A stretch of 64,000 nt of DNA from Hemiscyllium ocellatum. Lineage: Eukaryota. The stretch spans positions 34,927,263 to 34,991,262 of the forward strand of contig NC_083411.1 of assembly GCF_020745735.1 (NCBI RefSeq), in the 5' to 3' direction. The notes under the pieces were generated by a model. The model was not told the DNA's origin, did not search any database, and saw only the letters and a list, made by a program, of their open reading frames with translations. Below are positions 22,430 to 34,600 of this stretch, in pieces (within the stretch, counting starts at the first letter, position 1; each line of letters opens with the position of its first letter). The position numbers and the translations under genes were made by a program.

Positions 22430-23680
22430 AACTTAGACAAATTTAAACCAGCCAACTATCACTGTCCTCTCAATCATCAAAAAAGTGAAAGCAGTGGCTG
22501 TTAACAGAGCTATCAAATGTCACTTGCTCAGAAGTAATCTACTCAATGATACTTGGTTTGAGTTCTGCCTCCTCATCTCATTACAGTCTTGGTGCAAACA
22601 TGGACAAAAAAAATCTCAAGTCCAAACATAAGGTGAGAGTGACATTAATGCAATAGTTGGCAGGATATGGCATGAGGAACCTGAGTGAAACTGCAGTCAA
22701 TAGAATCAGGAGGGGAATGTCTCTATTGGTTTCAGTTGTACTTAGCATGAAGGATGACTGTTGTGAGTTTTGGAGGTTAATTATCTCAGACTCAGGACTT
22801 TCTTTGGGTAGTGTCCTCAGATCAATTATCTTCAGTTGTTTCATCAATGATCGTCCCACTGACATAGGAGTCAGAAGTGCATGTTCACTGATGGTTGCCC
22901 AATTCAGAACCATTCACGTTTCTTCAAGTACTAAAGCAGCCTGTCCCATGCAGCAAGACCTGAACAAGATCCTGTCTTGTGGCAAGTAACTTTTATATCT
23001 CATAACTAGAAGGTCATGACCATCTCCAACAAAAGAAAATCTAACTATTGCTCCTTGATATTCAATGACATTACGGTTGCTGATTCTTCCACTGTCAATA
23101 TCCTCAGACCTACTATTGACCAGAAATTGAGCTGGACAAGTTATAAAATACTGTGAGTGAGTGAGTGAGAGTGGGTAAGAGGTAGGCATTCTACAGTGAG
23201 CAACTCAGTTGTTGCTTCCCCAGTGCATGTGCACTATATATAAAGCTCATTTCAAATAAACGATGGAATACTCTCCCATTGCCTAGATGTGTACAACTCA
23301 AACAATGCTCTATATTTGGAGTGCTCAGGACAAAGCATGGACTTTCCAACTAACATCTTTCACATTCACTCCTTTCACAAACAATGTACTGCGGCAGCAA
23401 TGTATACTGTATACAAGGTGCATTCCAGAACTCACGAAGCATCCTTCGGCAGCTTCACCTAAAGCTGAGATTTCTATCACCAAAAATAAAAGGGCAACAG
23501 AACACATCTGCTTGCAAGTTCCCTTCTAAGCCACAGACCGCCATGCCTTGGGACTGTTTCACCAGTCCCTCACGGTCCGAGGACTCTCTTTGTGCCAATA
23601 CTCTGGGTGTCTCTACACTGTACCAATGAAAACTGGCGCAGTCCAAGGATGTAACTCACAACCATCTTTTCAAATTTAAT
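22430..23680 (+). mobile_element. Decayed CR1/L2-clade LINE RT and 3' end
   Basis: ccagccaactatc (PANY); ORF 22657-22989 GSVLRSIIFSCFIND; atgttcactgatggttgc (about MFADD). Confidence 0.65.
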
Positions 23681-23882
23681 TAAGGATACAATATCACAAC
23701 TTCATGACAATGGATTCCTTTGGCTATGAATTCTGTGAGCATGACCTTAACCTCCACAACCACCTGATGAATGTGTAGCACTCCAAAAGCTAGTGCATAC
23801 AAATAAATCTGTTGGATTATAAGCTGGTGTTGTGTGATTTTTAGCTGTCCACCCCAGTCTAACACTGGCACCTCTACATTAT
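23680..23882 (+). mobile_element. PLE-type terminal repeat with hammerhead motif (family C) at 23761-23795
   Basis: CAC-CTGATGA-ATGTGTAGCACTCC-aAAA-GCTA-GTG; stem I CAC/GTG; palindromic AGCT stem III. Confidence 0.65.
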
Positions 23883-25489
23883 GTAGAGTAGAGCAGACTT
23901 TATTTGTCATTTCTACCATATACAATTGATCTAGCAAAAAAATCAGATTCTCCTGTGCCAAATTCCTAAGAGTGTATTAACCATTCTTGCAGAAATGATA
24001 TTGGCCAAATAAGCATAATTGTGCATGAGCAGTAAGATAGAGATCCAATCTGCTTCACCCTACTACACTGGACTTCTGTTATGAAATCTGTTATTTGAAT
24101 TCCAATTTAGTGTGATATGGTGTGTGGTTAAGTTCTGGAATGCATTGTCTAAGGGTCAATAAGTGCAATTCAGGCTCTAAAAGGGGCAATTGGATCATTA
24201 CCTGAAAACGAAAAATGCTTATGGATATGAGGAGAAGATAGGAGGGTGATATCAGGAAGTTGCTCCTTCAGAGAGTAAGTACAGACACAATAAGCTAAAA
24301 AAAAGGCTTCCTCTGTGCTGTATGATTCAATGATTTCTTCACCTGTTTTATATTTCAGATGGAGGTAAAGTTACAAAAGTCAGTCCCTCCAACACTTCCC
24401 TCAAACTGTTCTTCCTCCTAAAATCTTCCTGTTTTAAAACTAAAACTTGCCATTCTCACTCATCCTTGATTTTGAACTCCCTTATTATTATTAAGAATAT
24501 ATTGCAGTAAGTCAGATACAGGTGCCTGGATTTCAACTCACCCCAGACTGATGAGATGATAATTAACTCTGTTGGCTGAAAGATTCTTACAGGGAATAAA
24601 TTGCTGGTGGGGATGGTTTCACAGCACGAACCTTCCTAATTGAATACTATTTGGTAATCCTATTACCAAAGAAGAGACAGGAAGGCTGACCTAGGAAATG
24701 ACAATTTTAAAGTAGTTCAATTTAATTTTGACTGTATCAAAAAAGCTCAGTCATAAGTTGTACATTTTTATTTAAATTAACTGGTGGTCAGTTTTTCATT
24801 GTTTCTGAATGTTTGTATGGCTCACTCCTTCCTCAATATTGGATGAGCAGAATTTTTCTCTAACTACATGTTGAACTGACTGTAGCCATTGTCTTTTGAC
24901 GTCTTCTACAGACTCCAGCAGCTGTTGTTACCCTGATCCATGCCTTTGCTACTTTGAGTCCTGATTATTTTGCTGTTCTAACTGAACTCTCATTTCCCAC
25001 CCTCTGTAAACTTGATGTCATCCAAATCCCTGATGCATGCATCCAAAATTGCCCCAAGTCCTTCTCACCTGTCCCCGATTTTGTCTCGTGGTTAAGCAAA
25101 GTCTCAATTTTAAAATTCTTACTCCAGTTTTAAAACTCATCCATGGCATCAACCCTTCATATAACTGCAAATTCTGTCAGCTTCATAACATTTCCAGATT
25201 TTTGCTCTCCTCCAATTGTTACATCTTAAATATTAGTCTTAAATCACTCCAATATTAGCTGCGTATTTCTGGTTGCCAAGGGCCTGAGCATTAGAATTCG
25301 TTCCCTCAATCTCTTTCTGGGCTGTGAAATGCTTGGTGATGTTTACTGGTTTAAATGTGCCTTAGCTGTTATTGTTATTAGAACTAGGAATTTTTAAATA
25401 TGATGCCATAATAAAGTACTGTATGTTGGAGGGTACATGACATTTAGGAAGGACAGCAAGCAAGGACAAGGTAATTGTTTGTTTTTTAC

Positions 25490-26410
25490 ATAAATAATAT
25501 GGATGAGAATGTAGGAGGCATGATTCATAAATTTGTGGATGACACCAAATTTGTTGGTATAGTGCACAGTGAAGAAAGTTATCTCAGATTACAAACAGAT
25601 CTCGATTGATCTATCATTGGGTTGAAGAGTGGCAGATGGAGTTTAAGATGATGCGAGGTATTGCATTTTGGTAAAACAAACACAAGCAAGGCTTATACAA
25701 TTAATGGTAGGTTCTAGTAGTATTGTAGAACACAGAAACCTGGGGGGTTCAGGTACGTAATTCTTTGAAATTTGTGTCACAGGTAAACAGGATGGTTAAA
25801 AAGGCATTTAGCATGCTTGCCTTCATTGCTCAGATCATTACGTATGGGAATTGAGACGTCATGTTGAGCTTGTACAGGATGTTGGTGAGCCATCTTCTGG
25901 AATGCTATGTCCAGTTCTGGTTGGCCTGCTATAAGAAGGATATTATTAAATTGCAGACGGTTCAAATAAGATTTACCACAATGTTGCAGAGAATTGAGGA
26001 TTTCAGTTATGAAAATAAGCTGAGACTTCCTTCACTGGATTTCAGGAGTTTGAGGGGTGACCTTATTGAGGTTTATAAAATCATGACGGGCATAAATAAG
26101 GTGAATAGTAAGTGTCTTTTCCTTTGAATAGGGGATCTCAAAACTAGGGGGCATGTTTTTAAGATGAGAGAAGACAGTTTTAAATAGGACATGAGGAGAA
26201 CTTTTTTTATACATAGAGTGGTTCATATATAGAATTAACTTTCAGAAGAAGTGATGGATGCAGGTACAGTTACAACAATCAAAAGACATTTGGATAAGTA
26301 AATAAATAGGCAAGGATTGGAAGGATATGGGTCAAATAGACAATTGGGCCTAGTTTAGTTTGGAAACATGGTGTGGACTGGTTGGACCAAAGAGTCTTTT
26401 TCCATTCCGT
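25490..26410 (+). mobile_element. CR1 LINE RT 3' fragment
   Basis: aaatttgtggatgacaccaaa (KFVDDTK); ORF 25861-26127 (HLLECYVQFW, GDLIEVYKIM); 3' UTR. Confidence 0.85.
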
Positions 26411-26840
26411 TTTAATTGTTTGACTCTCTAAGCAGCCTGATAATTAATGACGATATTAGCACAATAGAAAAGGAAGATCTAAGTTCAAGAAACCAGGAGA
26501 GAGGTGGCTTTTGGTAGAGTTGTGAAACGACAAAGGCAAGAATCCATTCATGGGAGAGGCACACAGGCCTGCTCACAAGAACTATAATGCATGATGGCAT
26601 GTAAAGGAAGAAATAATGGGAGCTTTTCAGAAAAGTAGAATAAGGAGTATATAAAATGTTTTCATGATATGTTCTTAGACCAGCACATTTCCAGGCCGTA
26701 ATGAAAGAAGGCTGTTTAACACTTGGTATTGTGCAACAAGATAGAATTAATTAGTGACCTCTTAGTGAAGATGCCTCAAGATAGCTGGAATCATGATACG
26801 CTTTGAGTTTTATATTGGGTTGAAGGGAGAGAAGAGTGAG

Positions 26841-27629
26841 TGTAAGATGAAAGCCATACAATTAATACATATTGTTATTTTTTGAGAGTTGAATTTCTAG
26901 CATATAAGTATTGGTTTATTTTTGTGAAAATGTTTAAAATTAATTAGGTCAGTCTTTCAAAGTTTGTTTATACTGTGGGAGTTTATGACAAAGGGATAAA
27001 ATTATTAAGCATTTTGCTTTATAGAAGCTAGGATGAAGTTTTTTTAAAACTTAGTTCAAAAGCTTATAGATTCAGTTTGAAAAAGATCTGACAGGGGTCA
27101 GAAAAATGTAACATCTTCCTAGAAAAGGAATTTAGCTGACTTAAGGGAAATTTATTAGTATATAAAACATCAAGATCAGGAGTATTTTGATAGAACTCTG
27201 CTGAATATTAAAAGATTGAGAAAGTCGAGGCTGTCAGTTGTGTGCATAAGCCAGTGAAAAGGCTTCACAGCTCTTAGGATGGGAATTGAGCAGAAACTAT
27301 TCCATCAAACTTTCTGTTTGGACAGGGAAGAAAAATGTCTGAATTGTGATTAACTGTAAAATGATGTTTTTGAAGAATAGCTGGATTTTGTTATGCAGTG
27401 TGTTTTGAAATCTTTCAACCTGTTATACTTGGATAGTCTTGTTGGTTTTATTTTTCTTTATTTTGTGTAATAAACTGCTGTCTTATAGTTAAAACCAACT
27501 ATGAAGCCTTGTATACTTTCACTTCAATGATGGGTTATCACATTAAATTCAAAGAAGTATGATCTACCAAGCCTGATTTCATCGTGGGATCACAATTGTC
27601 CATTAGTAACATTATCAGGAATCACAGCA
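26841..27629 (+). mobile_element. Probable solo LTR
   Basis: TG...CA ends (tgtaagat...atcacagca), AATAAA at ~27469; interrupts colinear CR1 sequence. Confidence 0.4.
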
Positions 27630-27697
27630 GGTGGATGACTGGTGTTTTAAATTTAAGTGAGGCTAGTTTTAAGAACCTGAAAGGACAACTAGCTTTT

Positions 27698-28009
27698 GGG
27701 GTGGCACGGTGGCTCAATGGTTAGCACTGCAGCCTTACAGTGCCAGAGACCGAGGTTCAATTCCAGCCTCTGGTGACTGTCTGAATGAAGTTTGCACATT
27801 CTCCCTGTGTCTGCATGGGTTTTCTCCCACAGTCACAAAGATGTGCATGTTAGGTGAAATGGCCATGCTAAATTGCCCATAGTGATAGGTGCATTAGTCA
27901 GGGGTGAATGTAGAGGAATGGTTCTGGGTGCATTGCTCTTCAGAGGGTTGGTGTGGACTTGTTGGGCCGAAGGGCCTGTTTCCACACTGTAGGGAATATA
28001 ATCTAATCT
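27698..28009 (+). mobile_element. HE1-type V-SINE
   Basis: A and B boxes, V core, gggccgaagggcctgtttcc end, taatctaatct tail. Confidence 0.9.
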
Positions 28010-31000
28010 GAAGTGAACTGGCAAATCTGATAAGGAATAGGTCAATAGATATACAATGGTTGACATTTAGCAGGATATTTCAGAATACACATTTCAGATA
28101 AAATGAAGTCTATCCAAGGGGAGGACTCACCATCTCTTGTTTTAATTTAACAATTCAAGATAGTATCAAACGTAAAAGAAAAGCAGACAGTTGTGCAAAG
28201 ATAACTGGTCAGATGTTTGGATGGAATATAACAAATGGCAAAGAATGACAAAATAGGAGGGGAAATTAGAGAATGTTAGAAAGTTAACCAGAAATATGAA
28301 AACAGAAATTAAGAGCTTACTTTGATATTTTAATAAAGAAAACATCATTGGTCATAAAGAAAATGGATCTGAAAAATTCATAATACAAAATGAAGCAAAT
28401 GCCAAATGATCTGAATAAATATTTTGCATCAGTCTTTATTGTAAAAGCTCGACCTGACAGCTCAGATAAAGCTATAAATGAAGAAATGGAAAGGAGGGAA
28501 GATTTCAAGAAAATTACAAACATCAGAAAAGTGGCACTGCTAAAATTGTTTGAGCTGAGGGCTGACAAATTGTACTTCATCCCATGGTCATAAAAAAAGT
28601 GGCTTGTGAGACAGTTGATGAATTGAAAAATGTTGAGGTCCTTGCTCTGATCCCTGTGGCACAACACTTATTCCATTTTACCAGATCTTTCTATGCCTAC
28701 TCTCTGTTTCCTGTCAGCCAATCAATCTTCTATTCATGCTAAAATTTACCCCCTACCTACCCCCCCACCCCCCCATGTAGCTCTATTCTCTACATTACTT
28801 TTTGACATAGAACTTCATGCCTTCTGAAAATCTAAGTACACTGCATCCACCGGTTGAGAATAGAATGCTTCCTCAAATAATCCAATAAATTGGTGAAATT
28901 AGAATTCCCTTTGCAAAAGTATGTTGACACTGCTTGACTACCTTAACATTTTCAAAGTGCCTGGTTATAAATCTATAATAATATATTCTACACATTTACT
29001 GTGATAGATACAAAGTTACCTGTCCTGTATTTTCTTGCTTACTACTCCCTCCTTTTTGGAATAAAAGAGTTTTAATTGTTATTTTATGATCTAAATAGAA
29101 CATTCCCTAAATTGAGGAACAAGAGAGAAATTGAAGTGAAGGGGTTGAATGGAAGGCAGAAAGTGAAGTGTTGAAGGAAAATAAAAATCTGAAACAGAAA
29201 TATGCCAAAAAAATAGAGCAATGTTTGGAGAGCGAGGCCAAACATATCCCTTTGGATGAGAATAGTAAAAGAAGCAAGTTAAGAGCAGGAGGCTTAGACG
29301 TGGTGATCAAGATGGAAACAGAAGTAAAGCAGAAGTGAAGTAGTTTGGAGATAGGAACAGAAGTGAAAGAGGACAGGCAGGAGTGGTGGCAATCTGAGCT
29401 TTGAAGATTTGTTTGAGCCTCATTACCCACAGCTGCTTAGGTGTGAAAGGCTATAGCAAGTTTTCAAACAGATTTGACAATCACTCCAGTAAATCAAAAA
29501 GAAATTTTAAAAAACACCAAGGAAAGCTGCAATACATATAAAAGCCATCTGGAGTGTAACTTATCAGGACCTATACACAGGTAAAATTATAGCTTATGTT
29601 TGAGCTTATTTTTAATGCAGTGATTTAACAGATTAGGAAAACCAGATGGAGAAGGTTACACTTTCAGGAACATAGTTAACACATTGTCAATTGAACATTT
29701 TCTATTTGCTCCATTAATGATTCATTCCCAAGGTTTAAACATGTTTTTGGGATCGTTCTGAAGTTGCTCACCTTCAATTTTGCACTGTTCTTGGGAGCCA
29801 AAGATAAATAATTATCTACTAAGAATAGGATTGCATATCCTATTTAGCAAGCAGTGCTACAATAGTAGCTCAGCAATGGAACAAAAAAAGAATTACTGAT
29901 GCTTTTGGTCAATAGCTAACTGGATAGTAGATACTCCACAGAACAGCACATCTAAGCTGCAAATTTCTTTGTTTAGAATCATTCTCAATTTCACTACTTA
30001 TTCATTCATTGAAATTGACCAGTAGGCTGAATTGCAGATTTTTAACAAGATGCTGTTTATTTGCTCAGCTGATGAAAAAGAAACAGTTGTGACTGTTTCA
30101 AAGTTGAAGTTAAAAACCAAGTGAAAATATCTGAGAGTTTATCTGAAATACTGCTCATTTATTACGCAACAACTGCATTGGAATTTACACTTGACATGCA
30201 GGCTTTAAAAACTTAAGCTTAATGTCAGGTAATCATTACTTACTGATTTATGACTCAGTTAAATCCTGAATCTGGAGTTTGTGCATGTCTATAAATCCAC
30301 AGCTTCAACAGCATCTTCTAATGTAGTTCTTGGGCCTTCACCTTTGTTTGCTAACAACAAGCAGGAATTAATTTTCAGCTTTGGAAAATAGATACAAAAT
30401 GTGACAGAACAAAACCTTAAACCTTATATTCATTTTGCTAGTGAATAGTGTATCCTTCATGTAAAAATAGGTTGTTCCAATCAAAAAAAGAGTTGCTATT
30501 AGAGATAAGATAATTACAAGCAAACTGTTACCTTGTGAATTGATGTTTCTGATATAGAATGTTATTTACTGGATGTTTGTTGCTGGACTTTGAGTTGCCC
30601 TCTTGGTGATGTAGGAAGTTAAGGATAGTCCTGATCATTGAAAGTCACATTGTAACAAATGGAAATTTCAGTTCTAATGAGACCCACTGACGTTTTTCAC
30701 CACAGTGCTGAAAGTACAGTATGCAAATAAAGTTTTATTGTAAGACTGATTGTAGAATGAGAATGATTTATTGTCACCCTAAGATGAACAATCTGTGTAG
30801 TTCCACATGCGACAATATGAAAAACATACAATGCTTATTGGTTATTATCAGTCTGACCGCTTTCCTACAGATTCAGTCAAATGCAAATCTTGATACGTTT
30901 GTGTATAGCTATGATATTATTTTGATTAAGAGCATTTATAGGAATGCAGCCCTTTTGGGCTGGATTTTCATTTGTACATCCCAGTTTCATTGTCTGGAGA

Positions 31001-31223
31001 AAACAGGTGGCAGAAACCTAGAAACTGTCTATGAGGAGGTAACCAATAAAGTAGCTGCTTCAGCAAATCCCAACCAATTAGGATCAGTACATGGCTTCTC
31101 AATGCTGAAGGACAGCAGGATGCTCTCCAGCACTTAGAGTTCAGCAGTACTTCAATCAGTTATCACTGAAGGTAGGCAAAAGGCATGAATCTCAAGATGG
31201 AATTTTTACAGCAAACATCTTAC

Positions 31224-31632
31224 CATTTCAAGCATTCGTTGAGACACAAATTCTGTGGAGATATTGCCAGTTACGTTTTAGATATGTGACTCTCACATTG
31301 CTCTTTATGGATCTCACAAAGGCAGTTGCCTCATCTCTTGTTCTTATTCAACCACCTTCCCACAACTTTCCGAGCTAACACTGCTGACTTCTTAATCACA
31401 AGGTACTGTGAGAACCACTGTCAACTTCTTTGACAGATTGTAAGCTAAAGAAAAATCCAAACTGACATGGAAACCTACCTTCATTCAACATGTTGTAGAT
31501 GAAGCTTACATTCTGCCTCCTTGAAATGCAGATGTAATTGACTGACACCACTTCACAATCTGGCAAGATGCAGTTCTCACCAACACATAGCTACAACTCT
31601 ATTTATCTATCCTCAAACTGAACTGTCTACTT
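31224..31632 (-). pseudogene. Candidate decayed CARD/death-fold-like exon
   Basis: Acceptor tttttgtcag and donor atg/gtaaga. One frame reads ENCILPDCEVVSVNYICISRRQNVSFIYNMLNEGRFPCQFGFFFSLQSV with several stops elsewhere. Confidence 0.25.
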
Positions 31633-34600
31633 CTGACAAAAAATGCATTTAAATATATCAATGAAAGAACCTTCTAACCAGAGATCCACACTGAATAACA
31701 ATATCAGTGATATTATGGTCATCAAGGACATCGGATCCAGAAATGCAAACTAACTATTTTACATTCAAAATAACTCTTTAATTCTGAAGCCAAAATGAAT
31801 GATTTCTATTTAATACAGACTCTCACAAAGTTTTTAGAATTTTTAGTTTTATAGCTTATTTTATGGATATTGAGAAACACCCAGACTAGAGGTCCAGGGA
31901 TGGGTTTTATTCAGTGTTTTATACTCCTAAATCTGACTTTGAAGATAAGCATAGGTTAGCTTTTTTTTAACTTTAAGCTTATTTATTTTTCAGTTACTTC
32001 AGTATTGCCTAACAGCTTCACAATCAGATGCCTTGATTTATCTACAGCTAAAATTTTCATTCCTAAAATTGAACAAGTTATCATTTAAAACATATGAATT
32101 ATGAGCTAAATGGTCAGAAAAATAATCAGATTACAATTCTATAACCAAATAGGTAATAGTTGTTATGGGCAATTAGAATATCTATCTGGGTAATGTAAAG
32201 GAGTCTGAATGTTAAATGGAAAATGTATTGTTTCTAGCCAACATGCTTTCCATTTCATTTCATTATGCTGTATGAATTATATCTAGCTAATGATAGGATA
32301 CTAGCCAAACCATAGAGGGGTGAAGGGTCATTAGTGATGTGTTGTTCAGCATTTCATGCTTTGGCAGTAACCAATTATTATCAATGTCAAAACAAAGTCA
32401 GCTATCAATCATTATTATTGCAAGCCAAAAAAAACTTAAGAAAATTGGAGTAATTGTATCAATTTTGGCATTTTATTTTTCCATAGAGCTGAGTTTAATG
32501 CAACTTAGTGTAACACCAGTCCATTAGAGGTCAGTGGTATGCTGGAGATTGAGTTCATGTTTATTTGCCACGCTGTTCAGCAACCTATACTTAGTGAAGA
32601 CAGGAAGTGAATTGGAGTATAATAAATAAGTAGAAATATAGTGGCAAGAAAGGATAAAACTTTTCAAGCACCTCCTAAAACATTTAACAACCATACCAAT
32701 GGAATCATTGTTTCAGAACTGACTTCTATTTATTAGAGACACCACATCCTTCCATTCTTTCTCTTTTGAAATCCAACTATCTAAAGCTCGTTTACATTGC
32801 TCACTTCAATAGATTTTTCTGTAACTTGTTCCACAACTTTAATATTCTTCATGTAAAAAAAACACCTGACTTCTCTCACTCCTATTTTCCTGATAGTTTC
32901 TCACATTATGTAAAGGCAAGAAGCACAAACAAACAAAAACAAACTTTTAAAAAGAAAGAAACTAAGGAAGAAAGGGAGGAGGACAAATGTGTAGAGAATT
33001 ACTAAATACTGAGTTGGAGGGCAGGTCAAAGGAGAAGGCACTCTAACCTGCAGAATTAGTTGCAACAGATTCTAATGATACTGCTAGCCAAAATCATGTC
33101 TATGTAGAACTGTTCAAGATTTCATTGAATCTTGACTATTTTATGCATTCAATTCTTGAATGTAGTGTCACCATATGTAGTGTCACCACAAAATGTGCAC
33201 TGAAAAGGATACAGAATAAGCATACAATGTTGTGCGATATTATCAGTGAGTTTGAATCTGAAATACTGTAAATTTGATCCATACTTAGGTTACTGTATCA
33301 AGGTTCAATTTCTGAACAATGTTTGCAAATCTGACAGGACATCCAATTTTGGAAAGACTAACCCATAGTACATCATGGTCCATAAACTGACATGTCTTTA
33401 TCAAATACCATACTCAATTTCTGGTATCATTTCTACACATTCTGGAATTGATGGGTTGACAGAATCATGTCAGATATTCAGTCCAAAATCTATATTGGTC
33501 TTCTAGGAGAACTAATTGTTCATTCAGCTGACAGAGCATGTTACGGGTGATAAAATTATCAGTTACTCTTAGAAGTAAAACTTCCCATGAGAAATTGCCT
33601 TTGCAGTTATAGAGGCGCTTACATATTTTAAATTATACTGAAAAGTTTCAAATTTCCAGATTTTATTTTGGATAGCAAGTAACTTAAGCTTAAGCTTGTA
33701 GCCCCCTTATTTATAGAACAAGGATGACATTTGAATCAGTTTTTCCCTACCTGCATTTGCTTCATTTCAATTTGGATTTCAGCCTTTTCAGATAGCAGTT
33801 AGCTATGGAACACCATTAACACAGAAGTTGTCAAATTGTGGGCCGAAACCCTCAGGGAGGCACATCGTGGCTAACATGGGAGGCATATTGAGAATGCTGG
33901 TTGCATTGCAATACTGGTAATAACAGCAATACATATTCTGTCCACTGGTGGTGCTATAGCACTCCCCTCAATCTGCAGGCTGATTCCTGGCCTGTCTGTC
34001 TCCAAACCTGCTTGCCGCAGAACTCACATTCATTTTCAATATAAAACTGTTGGTATTTCAGAGCAGTATACATTCATTTTTGGAATTTGTCATGAACCCC
34101 ACGGTTTTGTGCTGTCAGTCAATGTCCCGCTATCCCCTTGTCTCTCCAATTATGCTTCGAGGATGTATTAAAATACTTTTCTCCCAAATTCTGTAATTTT
34201 GCAGAATGTAATTATTTTCCCCCTGCATCAAAGTCTGCATGAGCTACCAAGTCTCTGTGATGTTTGTAAATAACCCCCACTTTAAAATATCATTGTTACC
34301 ATAAAGTAATTTTCCAACCAGGCTTTCTCACTCATCTCTGAAAAGCCACGTGTTATTTGCTTGGATTTTATACTGTCGTTTGGTCTTAAATTGAGATGTA
34401 AATTCATAATTCAGCTCAGAGTCAAGAGCCCTTGATCTCTGCACACAACAAATTAAATGTGCAGTTTACCTACTACAAAAGGTATACACAACTGTTTCTT
34501 ATCTGTCTCACTCCCAAACAATCTGCACAAAAGTATGTTATAATCTTTCCTGTGAAGAATTTTTTATCTTGGCCCCAGAGCATCCTGAGCCCAAATACAG

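Larger units (their letters stand above)
26450..29110. mobile_element. Old CR1 (endonuclease to RT), interrupted by an LTR-like insert and a SINE; distal 28645-29110 inverted
   Basis: ORF 28390-28593 LNKYFASVF on plus; ctgatccctgtggcac (antisense VPQGS) at ~28647. Confidence 0.55.

Noticed and set aside
30721-31137. 138-aa plus-strand ORF
   Set aside because: No recognisable motif; composition typical of AT-rich non-coding DNA.
33942-33958. Second CTCF site
   Set aside because: CCACTGGTGGTGCTA is one base short of the core spacing.
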